From Camelus ferus (lineage: Eukaryota): a DNA stretch of 64,000 nucleotides. The notes under the pieces are model-generated. The model had not been told where the DNA came from. It saw nothing but the letters and a program-made list of their open reading frames with translations, and did no database searches. The position numbers and the translations under genes were made by a program. Below, in pieces: positions 11,766-22,900 of this stretch (the stretch's first letter is position 1; every line of letters begins with the position of its first letter). The stretch covers positions 77,688,001 to 77,752,000 of the forward strand of contig NC_045697.1 of assembly GCF_009834535.1 (NCBI RefSeq). Direction: 5' to 3'.

Positions 11766-12797
11766 TGATTCTTGGCAGGCAAAGAAGGAAGAAGGAAGAC
11801 AACATAGACAAACATGCTGCTCAGCAAATGGCCATGCCCCCACCCTTATCCCTGCCCAACCAGCTGTGGTTCACCCTCTCTGAGTGCCCCAAGCACTCAC
11901 AGGAGCAGATTTCTCTCAACCAATTCAACTTTGAGCCTGGAGTCTTTCTCAATTAGACCATGCAGAGGACTCTTGTACTTACTCAAGTGTCTTGGGAAAA
12001 ATTTTGGAAGAGATTGGAGGGTGTTTAAAGTTGGAAAATAAAATGACCTTGAAAAAAATACCATCCACAAAATAAAAGAGTTCCCAAAGAGCCAAATGAG
12101 TAATAGTTCCCAAACAGCGGGTTTTCCAAGATCTTGCTGATTTATTAATATCTGATTCTTTATTTGAAATTTTGTAATTTAGGCTTTTGAAGCTGTGAAT
12201 CATGTTTTTTGGATTAATATCATATAATATCTGTTATAAAGTCTAGTGATTTATTGGGTATCATGAAGTTGAGTGCACTTTCTAATCATTTTGAGTTTTC
12301 AAAATTGACTTTTTCATCAGGATGTGGAGGAAGAACAAATGGGATCATTGGAGACCAAATAATATGCAGGGGATTAGACATAAATAAGAGATGCAGTACT
12401 GGCTGAAAGAGAGATTTGAAAGTAAGCAACACTGAAAGAAAACTTTCCAAAGCCAGAGAAAGATTTGAGGAGAAAAGGAAATCAGTGACATTAGGAATTA
12501 TCTTTGCAGCATCAGTAGGAATTTTTTAAGAAAAACAGAGCCTACACTCATTTCTTTCTATATTGATGCAGAAATTTGCTGCTTTTTGTGTTCTTTTGGT
12601 AACTGCATCCCACTGCAACTTTAAGGAACTTTGGGAAACCTTTAATTCCATGTGGACCCTGTCAGTCATGGGGCAGCATAATTCTATCTATCTTACCTCT
12701 ATTTCTTTCTCTGAAAATGAGAATTAAATACAATAAACTCTATGTAATGTGACTAGCAGGCACAAGGTTCATGGTATGACCTTTCCTCAGGCCCATG

Positions 12798-13411
12798 TGA
12801 TAGAGGGAAAATGAATGTGGGGTGAGAGAATGGCTGTGTTCCAGGTCTTAACTGAGTCCCTGGGATGTGCCTCACCAAGTGTGGGTCCTTGGCTTCATCA
12901 GTTCAAGAGTGAGCCACAGTTGAGTAAAGGTAGATTTATTTAGAGAGACACATACTCCATAGAGTCCAGGCTGTTTCAGAAGCCAAAGAAAGGTGAAAGT
13001 AGATACATACTCCATAGACAGAGTGCAGTCCATCTCACTCAAAAGGGAGAGCCACCATGAGGTGTGGGGGTTGTTAGTTTTTATGGGTTCAGTAGCGTCA
13101 TATGCTGACAAGTGGGAGGATTATTCCAACCACTTTGGGGAAGGGGTTGGGATTCCCAGGAATTGGGCCACTGCCCACTCTTTGACCTTTTATGGTCAGC
13201 CTCGGGACTGTCATGACGCCTGTGGGAGTGTCATTTACCAAGTTAATATATTACAACGAGTGTATAGTGAAGGCCAAGGTCTACTGGAAGTCAAGTCTCC
13301 CATGGTCTTGGGCCTCATGACCTGTTGGAAGTTGAATTTTCTGCCACCTTGGTATCAATTGTTGTGTTACTTCTTGAATGGCTGTGCCCTGCCCCCTCCC
13401 CTCCTGTCTCA
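12798..13411 (-). mobile_element. ERV1 solo LTR (MER51/MER61-like), 614 bp
   Basis: TG...CA ends with 4-bp TSD CATG (12794-12797 / 13412-13415); minus-strand AATAAA near 12935; clearly homologous to 48999-49624. Confidence 0.9.
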
Positions 13412-13849
13412 CATGTAGAACAGCAGAGGTGTAGAAGATGAGCCAGGTCAGCTACCTCCACTCTAGAAATGGGGAAATATCGAGGCCTGGCCAGGTTGAG
13501 TGGCTTTTGCAAAGGTATTTGCTCTCAGAGCCTGTTCATTCAGAAACACTGAAAGCCTCATACTGGAAATCACTGGTGCTTGTGACTCAGTGAAGTTTCT
13601 ACCAAGAGAACAGTAAACTGAGCTTCAGCTACAATCTGAGAAAGCAACCCTGACAACTTTCATAACCTTGGGGGCCACTTGGTGTATTTAGATCTGCAAA
13701 CTCCACAAACATCACATTCTTCAAAAAAGAAAAACAAAACCCCTGCAGTTTTATTGTAAACCAGTATGACATTATTAAAGAAAAAGAAAAAAAAAACTAA
13801 ACTAAATAGAAAACTGGTGGAGGGTACCTCTCATAAGGTCTCCCTGCTA

Positions 13850-14400
13850 ACAGATTCTGCATTTGCCACATACTAGCTCGGTGATCTGGGCAAATTATTT
13901 ATCTCTCTATGCCTCAATGTTCTTCTCTAAAAAAAAGAATAACAGTATCTACTTCATAGGACTGTTAATGAGGATTTGTGAAAGTGCTTAGGGACCAGAA
14001 ACGTAGTGAGCATCACATACGTGTTTGGTAAATAAAGAAAAATAAAAGCAGTAACTCTCTGGTGTAGAGTAGGTGACATCTGGGCTGAGACTTGAAGGAA
14101 TTCATTTTACAGAAAAGGTGGGAAGGCGTCCCAATTTCTAACTGGGGGGAAAAAAAAGCACTTGCATAGACATGGAGACATGATGATGATTTTGAAAAAG
14201 AAATAATAATAATAATAATAGCCAACCAACTATTGAATATAGACAATGTACCAGACTCGTCACATAACTGTATCTTGTTTAACCTTATTAGCAACTCTGC
14301 AGTGTAGATTTTATTATCTATGATGCAGTTAAGGAAGCCAAGGTTCAGATAAGATGGTGAGAAGCAGAAGCAGTCATGCAATTCCAAGTCTGACTGAAGT
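13850..14400. mobile_element. Cluster of MIR/L2 fragments with an (AAT)n tract
   Basis: MIR core in both orientations (gatctgggcaaattatttatctctctatgcctc; ggaagccaaggttcaga); (AAT)n at ~14202-14220. Confidence 0.55.
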
Positions 14401-14454
14401 TTTTGCCCATGCTTGGAGAATTTGTTTCCCTTAAACCTTGGGTGCAGGAGGAAA

Positions 14455-14835
14455 GGCAAATATATAGAGACAGAGCTAGATTGGTAGTTACCTACTGCTG
14501 GGAAGCACAGATGTCAGGGTAAGAGCTTAAAGGTATGGGGTTTCTTCTGAGGGGTGATGGAAAGGATCTTTTGATTGTAGTGTAGTTGTACAATTCTGTG
14601 AATACACTAAAAACCATGGAATTGTACACTTTAAATGGGTGAGTTTTAAGGAACTTTAGGTACCTAAAAAAATGATAAAAAGTTTGGGTGTAGCTCAGCA
14701 GTAGAGTGCATGCCTAGCATGCACAAGGTCTTGGGTTCAACCCTCAGTACCTCCATTAAATTAAAAAAAACCTAATTATCTCTCCCCCAACAAATGGTTA
14801 AATTGTGTATCAATAACCTTATTATAAAAAAAAAA
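14455..14835 (+). mobile_element. Old L1 (L1MB-like) 3' end hosting a SINE
   Basis: gagacagagctagattggtagttacct...tatggggtttcttctgagggg...ttgtacactttaaatgggt, with an A-tail near 14826. Confidence 0.7.
14686..14792 (+). mobile_element. tRNA-Ala-derived SINE of the camelid (Vic-1-like) type
   Basis: A-box TAGCTCAGCAGTAGAG and B-box GGTTCAACCC, then an A-rich tail followed by CCTAATTATCTCTCCCCC. Matches my recollection of camelid SINEs. Confidence 0.8.
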
Positions 14836-16629
14836 ATAGACTGGATACCAGCATTCAGAAGGGGAGTGTTGAGGAGGAGAGAACTGACATTTTGGATAGA
14901 CGCATCAAATGATAGACAGAGAATAAAACATTGCACATAGATTATCTCATTTAGTTTAATTCCTACAACATTCTCATGCAATATGATTTTTTAAAATCTT
15001 CAATTCATAAGAGTACAAGTACAAAACTACGCTCATCATGACTCCACCCTTGGCATTCTGGAATATAATGCCTCCATGAAGATCCCTCCCAAGACAGCTT
15101 ATTTATTTTGTCCTCCACTGAGTTCTTATTTATTGCGCTTTTCTTTCCCTATTTGAATGAGTAGGTGTTTTCAATGGTCACTCCAGGTTCTTTTCTAGGG
15201 CACTCCCCCATTCAAAGACTTTCATTATTCATTCAGACGTTAGTGTTCAAATACAGATGAAACCCTCTGATACTCTGCTAAAGAGGTTTTTGGTTTGTTC
15301 ATTTTCTTACACTTTGTGAAATATCTTCCTGTTGTCCTATGGGCCCAGCATTCTTTGAGCACACTTCTTTCCTTCTCTATTATGAGCGCCATTAGAGAGG
15401 AAATACAACAATTACAATGCAATGTAAATGGGCAGTAGGGTTATAACAGATTGCTCATTCACTTACGTGCCAAGCACTGCTCTACGCTCTTTGTGCATAT
15501 TATCTCAGATAGGAATTCAGTAAATATTTGTGGAATGAACGTTGTGTTTGAAGAAGTGAGGAGGTTTTGGAGGGGAAGTCAGGGATGACTTTACGTACCA
15601 GAGGATATTTGAGCTGAGTCACTGAGAACTGGTAGAAGTTTAATGTACTTCATGGCAGAGAAAAGCACTGTAGACCAAGGAACACTTTTGAGGGAGAACT
15701 GAGCTCAAGACTGTTGATAAAATCTGATAAACCTGAATTCAATTCCTGCCCGAGCCTCTCACTAACCATGTTATTTCTGAGATTCCTAAACTCTTCTAGG
15801 ATTCAGTGCCATCAGCTGCAATGTAGGATGGACAGAACCTATCCTGTAGGGGTGTTATATAAAGAGGCTAGAACAGTGTCAGGCATGGGATTCTAAGTGT
15901 ACATTAAACAATTTTCTTAAGCCTCAAATTAGATTTTCTAGATCTATCTTCCTGCCCCTGAAATACTTTAGTGACTAGGAAACACTTGTCCTTGGGAACC
16001 ACGCCTATCTATTTTTAGTAGCTAGAAAAGACTCAGCAGTGGTTATTACGATTTCCATGCACAGCAGTTATTCGGGAAGAATAGATGAAGGAGATCAGTG
16101 ATGAGGTGGAGACAAGACAAAACAAGAGCCAATGAGGTGAAAGGCTTTGTCTGTCAACATCAAGGGGTTATGGTTCCAAAAGGTAAGGGTTGAAAACTCA
16201 GATGCCTTCAGAGGCCAGTTTTCAGTGACAAATGAAGTAAGCACATTATAAACAATGAGGTTATACTGACCTGAACACACCTTGTGTGCATATTAAGTAA
16301 GTTGAAATGGTCTTCACTCCTCAAAGAAATCTACTTTTTCTCATTTTTTTTGAATGCACTGCTATTTCAAGTCTATCTTCTTTCCCTATTTTAACAGAAA
16401 CACAGGTATGAGAATATTTCACTTTCTTCCTAACTCTAAGAAAATACCACCACAAAGGTGATGAAATATGAAAATTAAAAACAAGAGGAAAAACATAAAC
16501 ATAAATTAAAATTTTCAAAGAGTTTTAATATTTTTATGAACACCAAACAGGTATTGCATACCTGACTTTGGAGATTATTGAACCAGAATATGAAGCCCAT
16601 ATTATTTCTACATTACTCTTGAGGAATTC

Positions 16630-17240
16630 ATGATCCAGTTGGTGTATGCTCGGCAATAAATGTTGTAAAGGAAGCATTCTGCTTGCCTGGGAAAATCAAG
16701 AAAGGTTCTGTGAATCAGGTCACATTTGCCTTGAGTCTCAGAGGATGAGTAAGAGTGATGGCAAGTGGAAAAGAGAATGTTCTCCTCATGCTGAAGGAAC
16801 AGCATGTACAAAACCAAGCATTTGAGAAGGCCTAGTGGGTGGAAGGAGGATAAAAATTTATTGTATAACCAGAACCCTGGGTGTGGGCAGAAATAGAGCA
16901 GGTGAAGTAATTTGTGATGAGATAATGAAACGTTGCTTGTGCCATGCTCCAGGCTTGGACTTTATGGCTTAGGTAACAGCAAACCATCGGAAGTAAGTGG
17001 AGAGAGTTGGTAAACTTCCATGTTTTCAGGGAAGAGAAAGTAATAGCATGAACTGATGCAGTAGCAACAGAATGGGAGAAGGAAATGGATTCAAGATCTG
17101 TAACTGCATTTGGATAGGAATGGCTTCCTTGTTGAATAGATGTGGGTCTGAGAAAGAGAGAGAAATTGAGGAAGAAGCCAGGGTTTCTACTAGGAGTGGA
17201 GTGGAGAGTGAGTCCAGTGGCTAAAACAAGGGAACCTTTG
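16630..17240 (-). mobile_element. L2 LINE fragment
   Basis: Purine-rich degenerate L2 motifs (aggaacagcatgtacaaa; gaggaagaagccagggtttcta). Confidence 0.6.
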
Positions 17241-17532
17241 TCCCATTTTTCAGGGAGCAGTGTGGTAGAGTGGAGAAAGCACAGCCTCTGGAATCAGAGC
17301 AACTGAAGCTTAAATCCCTAGTGCATCACTCTTTGTCTTGTGTGATCTTTTAAGCAATGTGTTCTCTCTGACTCGTGCTCTTCTTATTGTACAACTGGTA
17401 CACACTCTGTGGCAACATGTCTATGGAGAAAAATTGACTTAAGCAACTGAGCTACTGTGCTCTGATATTTCCATACTTGCAAAATATATTTGCATACATT
17501 ATGAAATGATCACCATTACAAGTCTAGTAACC

Positions 17533-18031
17533 TCTGGCTGCCATAGTAAATTACCATAAACTTGGTGGCTTAAAATGACAGAAATCTATTTTTCACAGAT
17601 CTAGAGGCCAGAAGTCCAAGATCATTGTCACTGGGCCAAGACCAAGTTGTCAGCAGGGCCACACTCCCTTTGGAGGCTATGGGGGAAAATCTGTTCCTTG
17701 GTTCTTCCAACTTTTGATGGCTGCTGGCTTTCCTTGGTTTGTGGCAGCATCACTGTAATCTTTAAGGCCAACATCTTCAAGTCTCTATCTCTCTGTCTTC
17801 ATATCACTTTCTACTCTATGTATCTGTATTGTCTCCCTCTGCCTCCTTCTTTTAAGAATACATGTGACTGCAGTCTGGGCCCACCTGGATAAACCAGGAT
17901 AATCCCTCCATTACAATATCCTTAATTTAATTACATCTGCAAAGACTTTTTTTTGCCATATAAGGTAATATTTATAGATTCCAGAGATTAGGACCTGATA
18001 TCTTTTGGTGGATATTATCTAGCCTATTACA
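17533..18031 (-). mobile_element. MaLR LTR (MLT1-like)
   Basis: ggctgccatagtaaattaccataaacttggtggcttaaa...gaggccagaagtccaagatc...taattacatctgcaaagac are typical MLT1 motifs. Confidence 0.85.
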
Positions 18032-18559
18032 GCACTTTATTTAGTATTTGTAGAGTTTTCAGATTTTATGTGGTGCAAGCCAGAGTGCCTTTCTTCCTGG
18101 ATTGTTTTTCCCCGTGAGAGAGAATGAATAAACTTGGGGGGAAGCACAGGTTTTGAAATACTTTCAAGACCAAATGAGCCCTACAAATTTCAGATTCTTT
18201 TTTCCTTTCCCGTAATAACAAACAGTTGGAAATTTGGCACCATGTAGCCATAGCTCATGAATAAATGGAAGCTGTATGCTTAATCATTTCACTGATATTC
18301 AAAGTTGCCAGGTAACACTACTTGCATTTCCTCTACTTTCAATAGAAAAGATTTACTTAAAATAGTTTATTTGCCCAAGGGGGTAACTTCCATCATGTAT
18401 TTCTGGCACTGTATACTTTTAGAATGTACAAATACCATATATTAGGACTGAGACACAGTGTCTGTGATAGATACTGAAGAATGTCTTGCTTGGTTCCATT
18501 CCTCTCTCCTTTTTGTAAACTTTGTGTAAACTTGAGACCGTAAAGGGGAAAACTATGTT

Positions 18560-19705
18560 GACCACTTTCTTTTGCATCTACAATCTGGATGTGGATTAGG
18601 TTCTGTCTATTAGCTGCAGTCATGACATATTTGGTGGGAGTAAAGTTGTGGAGAAAAACTCAGTTTTTCCCCACTGTACACTTCATTCTCAATACTGAGC
18701 AATTCTCTGTAGACACTGACTGGGTGTCCCACAATTTAACTCCATCTTGACATTACCTGGAGGTAGTGTCAGATCCGACAAATTAAGGGCTTAACCCTAC
18801 AAGACTCCCCTACTCCCCTTTCCCAGTTCAGATGCCATCGCCTGTGCTTTTGACCTACCAGCCACAAACTGGAGGTTCCCACACCCCTCCTTGTAGGTTC
18901 AGTAATATGCTAGAATGGCTCCAAGAGCTGAGGAAAATATTTTAGTTACTAGATTGCTGGTTTATTATAAAAGATTCATCTCAGGAACAGCCAGATGAAA
19001 GAGATGCATAAGGCAAGGTATGGGGGAAGGGCACGGAGCTTTCCAGAGGTCAGGGATGGGGCTGAAAGTTCCTCTAATCACATGGTTGGTTCCCCTGGCA
19101 ACCAGCCTTCCTCCAGAAGCTAACCACAAGTCACCTCATTAATATAAACTCAGGTGTGATTGAAAGGGGCTTGTAATGAATAATAAAAGGTATCTTTATC
19201 ATTTTTTATCAGTGAGGAGATTCCAAGCTTTGTGTTAGGAATGAAGACAAAAACCGTAATTTTTTATTATAAATTTCTTATAAATCACAATATTACAAAG
19301 GTAGCTGGAAGTCATCTTCCTGCCCTTTTTGGCTATTTTCATAGGGCTAGCAGATATTTCTGCAGCAGATTCCCAGGGTCTATTCTTCTGCTTCCTGGGT
19401 GTCTATGCATGTGTGGCAAAGGCAGCAGCGGTAGCGGGAGTGATTTGATTCCAGGATCCTCATTCCTGGGTTACAGCTGTGGTGGTGTGCTCTTGTCTCA
19501 GTAATTCCAGTGGTGGCCCCAGAGATAGTGGCTCTTTCCAGCAGATCCATTTCTAGAACTCATTCTTAAAGATTCAGCCTAGAGCCCTATGCATAAACTA
19601 CTCCAAAAATTTTGGTCAGGACCTAATTCCCTGTATTCAGTTCCTTTCTGCTTAAGATAACTGCAGTGGTTTGAGTGTGGTTTCAGTGAATACTGACTGA
19701 CACAG
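18560..19705 (+). mobile_element. Old ERVL LTR (LTR33/LTR16-like) split by a MER21-like LTR
   Basis: Degenerate LTR-like sequence on both sides of 18647-19297, ending ttcctttctgcttaa...actgactgacaca. Confidence 0.5.
18647..19297 (-). mobile_element. MER21-like LTR
   Basis: gacactgactgggtgtcccacaatttaact...tcaggaacagccagatgaaagagatgcataaggcaaggtatgggggaagggc...aaatcacaatattaca; flanks AAAGT / AAGGT resemble a degenerate TSD. Confidence 0.85.
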
Positions 19706-20736
19706 TTCTCAAGGGATGTGGAAGAGGACAGAGATCAATCAATTTCAGGATTTTGCAAACTTAGCCCTAATTTTTAGGAAACAAAAACTTAATTTCCTTC
19801 CATAATACATCCCCAACTTTCTCTTCATTTACAAACCTTCAATTAAAATATAAGATGTAAAATATAAGATACATAAATTCTAATTTTCCAGGAATAAAAT
19901 CCTTGCTTTTTTCCCTCTAAAACATATAGTGAAAAAAATTCTCAAGAAAAAAGAAAACACATAATAAAGAAGAAAATATGTATTATGGTTATTATGTATT
20001 ATGTGTGGTATTATGTATTAGCTAAAGCCAGGCCAAATGATAAGCTTATCAAGGCTGAGATGGCTTGTTCATTAATTTGATTTAAAGCACGATCAGCTGA
20101 TGCTTGAAATAGTAATTGTCGGCTTTGTTTATATGCATTTACTGACAAAAACGTTACAGTTTTCTGGTTGTTCTAGGATACTGCAGAGCAGTTGACTGAA
20201 TGTAAAATATATTCTATAGCCTAGTAAACAGCCTAGGGGTTTCAAATATGGTCTTATTCAGCATTGGCTTTGAAATATGCTGAGTAATTTGAGGGTCTCT
20301 AGAAGTTTCCTCTACCACAAATGATCTTCATTAAACTTTTTGGGAGCATCACCTTTAACAATTAACTACTTTATGCTAAGCTTTACTCTTCAAGTATTAT
20401 AGTGGAATATGGGGTAGGCTAGAGGGGTGGGCAACTCTATGTAGATTTATGTTGACAGGCCAGTAATTGTTCAGTTCAGGTAAGACTGGGCTCAAAACTG
20501 ATAGCTAATATGGAATTTGTATCCGCTGGAAACTAAAGCTGGGTGTGAAGGCTAACCATCAATGCAGAGCAGGAGTTCTACAGCCAGGTAGGCGCCTTAA
20601 GTAGTGGTGTGTACCAACACTAATATTTAAATCCAGATGTATAATTCTAAACCACTGAGGGCTTGATAATAAAGTGTTGAAGGCCATAGTTCCAGAATTA
20701 TGTGACACATTTTAGGACAACGGATAGAAAGCACCC

Positions 20737-21170
20737 TGTCAGCCGAGGGAGGCTGAAGAGGGATTCGAGGAGGTGAGCTGCCCAACTGGAAAAATGCGCA
20801 AGGAGCCGACATGGAGCAAAACAGCACTTTATTGTAGTACAAGTGGGTGGCGCGGGTGGCGGGCGGCGGTGGCGGTGGTGCTCAGCACTTTCTTCTAGTT
20901 CAACAAGATGGTGCCGCCTGCATGGCGCACTTGTCCTGCTTTTATCTATTCTGCCCCCACGTGTGCATTGTTCATGTCTTTGTTCCTAAGGCTTACATAA
21001 TGCTACTTGCGCAAGCATATCTTTACTTCTTTGTTTATAAGGCTTACATAACTGGTGCTTGCTTATATTTACTCCTTACCAGGTACAAGCTATTGTGAAC
21101 TTTGGCCTGGGCCCCACTGGCGATTTATTTAAGGCTGGGCCCCACAGCCTACTCACTTAAGGCTACGACA
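20737..21170 (-). mobile_element. CpG-rich solo LTR (class uncertain, possibly beta/ERV2-like), 434 bp
   Basis: TGTC...GACA inverted termini; flanks CACCC / CATCC (5-bp TSD with one mismatch); minus-strand AATAAA near 20829-20834; many retained CpGs. Confidence 0.8.
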
Positions 21171-21289
21171 CATCCCCAACATTCTTTCCCATATGGATGG
21201 CAGACATTGTATGTTAATCAGAGTCTTTAACTCTCCCAAGCTGAGTCTTCAGTTCCGAGCAGTCACTACCAATAAATAGATGTGAGAGG

Positions 21290-21675
21290 GTATGGTGGGA
21301 GCTGTTGATTTCCTGCCCAACAGCCATTCTTCCTTCCTTCCTTCCTCTCTAAAGAGCCTACCTCCTATAAGAGAGGATGGAAATTCAATGCCAGATGCTT
21401 TCTTAGGGTAATTATTCAAAAGCATGGGCATGGGTCCTACCAGGCCTCTTGGAAAGTATTGAATACACCTTTCTTCTTCAGCTGGATGTTGGTATATTTA
21501 TGAGGTATGATTCCTGAAATGTGCCAGTCACGGTGTCCAAACCAATTTGGTGTGGATGGCAGAATAGGAAGATAAAAAGACTCTAGTCTCTGATGATTTT
21601 TATTGAGCCACTGAACCAACTCTGGGACGACTTTCCTCTGGATCTTCTGTTTTGTGAAAAAATGAATAAATCATA
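21290..21675 (+). mobile_element. Ancient MaLR LTR (MLT1J/K-like)
   Basis: cccaacagccattcttcc...gagccactgaaccaac...ctctggatcttctgttttgtgaaaaaatgaataaa. Confidence 0.5.
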
Positions 21676-21699
21676 AATATCTGAGTAAATGTAAATTTT

Positions 21700-22900
21700 T
21701 CCTCTTATTTTCTTAAAGCTATATTACTGCTTAAACCAAAAATTATAGCATTGCCTTGTGGGGTTTATAATGTATGTAGATGTACTATAAATGACAACTA
21801 TAGAATAAAGATAGGAGGTAGTAAATGGATCTATATGGTTGTAAGGTTTCTACATTTTTACATCAAGTGGTACAATATTAACTCTAGACCTACTGCAAAA
21901 GTTAAGGATGTACATTGTAATTCTTGTTATAACCACTAAAAATTAATGCAAAGAGATATAGTTTCTGTCCATAGATAGATTAAAATGGAATTCTAAAAAA
22001 TATTCAAACAATTCAAAAGAAAGCATGAAACAGAAAACAGAAAAATAAACAACCAAACAAAAAACAGGGGAAAAACAGAAAACAGTAAAATGATCCATCT
22101 AAACTTAACCATGTTGATAATTGTATTAAATGCTATTAGTCAAAACACTACAATTAAAAAGCAGAGATTTTCTGAATAGATTAAAAAGCAAGACCCAACT
22201 ATATGCTGTTTATTGCAGATACACTGTAAACATAGATACAGACAGGTTGAAATGAAATGTATGGGAAAGGTATACTATTCATGAAGTTAGATGGAATGGC
22301 TATATTACTATTGACTGTGACAGGCTTCAAGACAATGAGTATTATCAGAAATAAAGAGGGAGATTCCTTAATGATAAAAAGATCAATTCATTAGGGAAAT
22401 ATAACAATAATAAGTTTATAGCACCTCATCATGGATTGGATCACAAAATCAAACTCAGCTGAATGTTTTATACAATGAACACACACACAACAAAGTAATT
22501 TAGAAAAGCTAAAAAGAAAAGAATGCGTAAAATTGTAACAAACAAATGTGAACAAAAGAATGGGGACTGTGATCTCAATATAAGACAAAATATAACAAAT
22601 TAAGATGCAGGAAGTGTATTTTATAATACTGAAGAGTTTCATGAAGATATAGAAGTTGTGAATATCCATGCATGTAATACAATAGCCACAATATTCATTA
22701 AGCCAAGATTATGGGGAAGAAAGGGAAATTAGACAGAATTATGTTAGTGATGATAGATACTAGTTAACCTCTCTCAGTTCAAAATGTAACAAACAATTAG
22801 ACAAATAAAAGTAAGGATATAAAATATTTAAATACCATATCAGTAAGGTAGATTTGATTGATAAATACAGATTGATACAGATTGATAAAACTAGAGAATA
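21700..22900 (+). mobile_element. Ancient L1M fragment: inter-ORF region and ORF2 endonuclease N-terminus, decayed
   Basis: A-rich; caattaaaaagcagagattttctgaatagattaaaaagcaagacccaactatatgctgt encodes the IKRQR...IKKQDPTICCL motif of the L1 endonuclease. Confidence 0.8.

Noticed and set aside
14686..14756. tRNA-Ala gene
   Set aside because: The acceptor stem is disrupted, it has an A-rich SINE tail and it sits inside an L1 fragment; it is a SINE.
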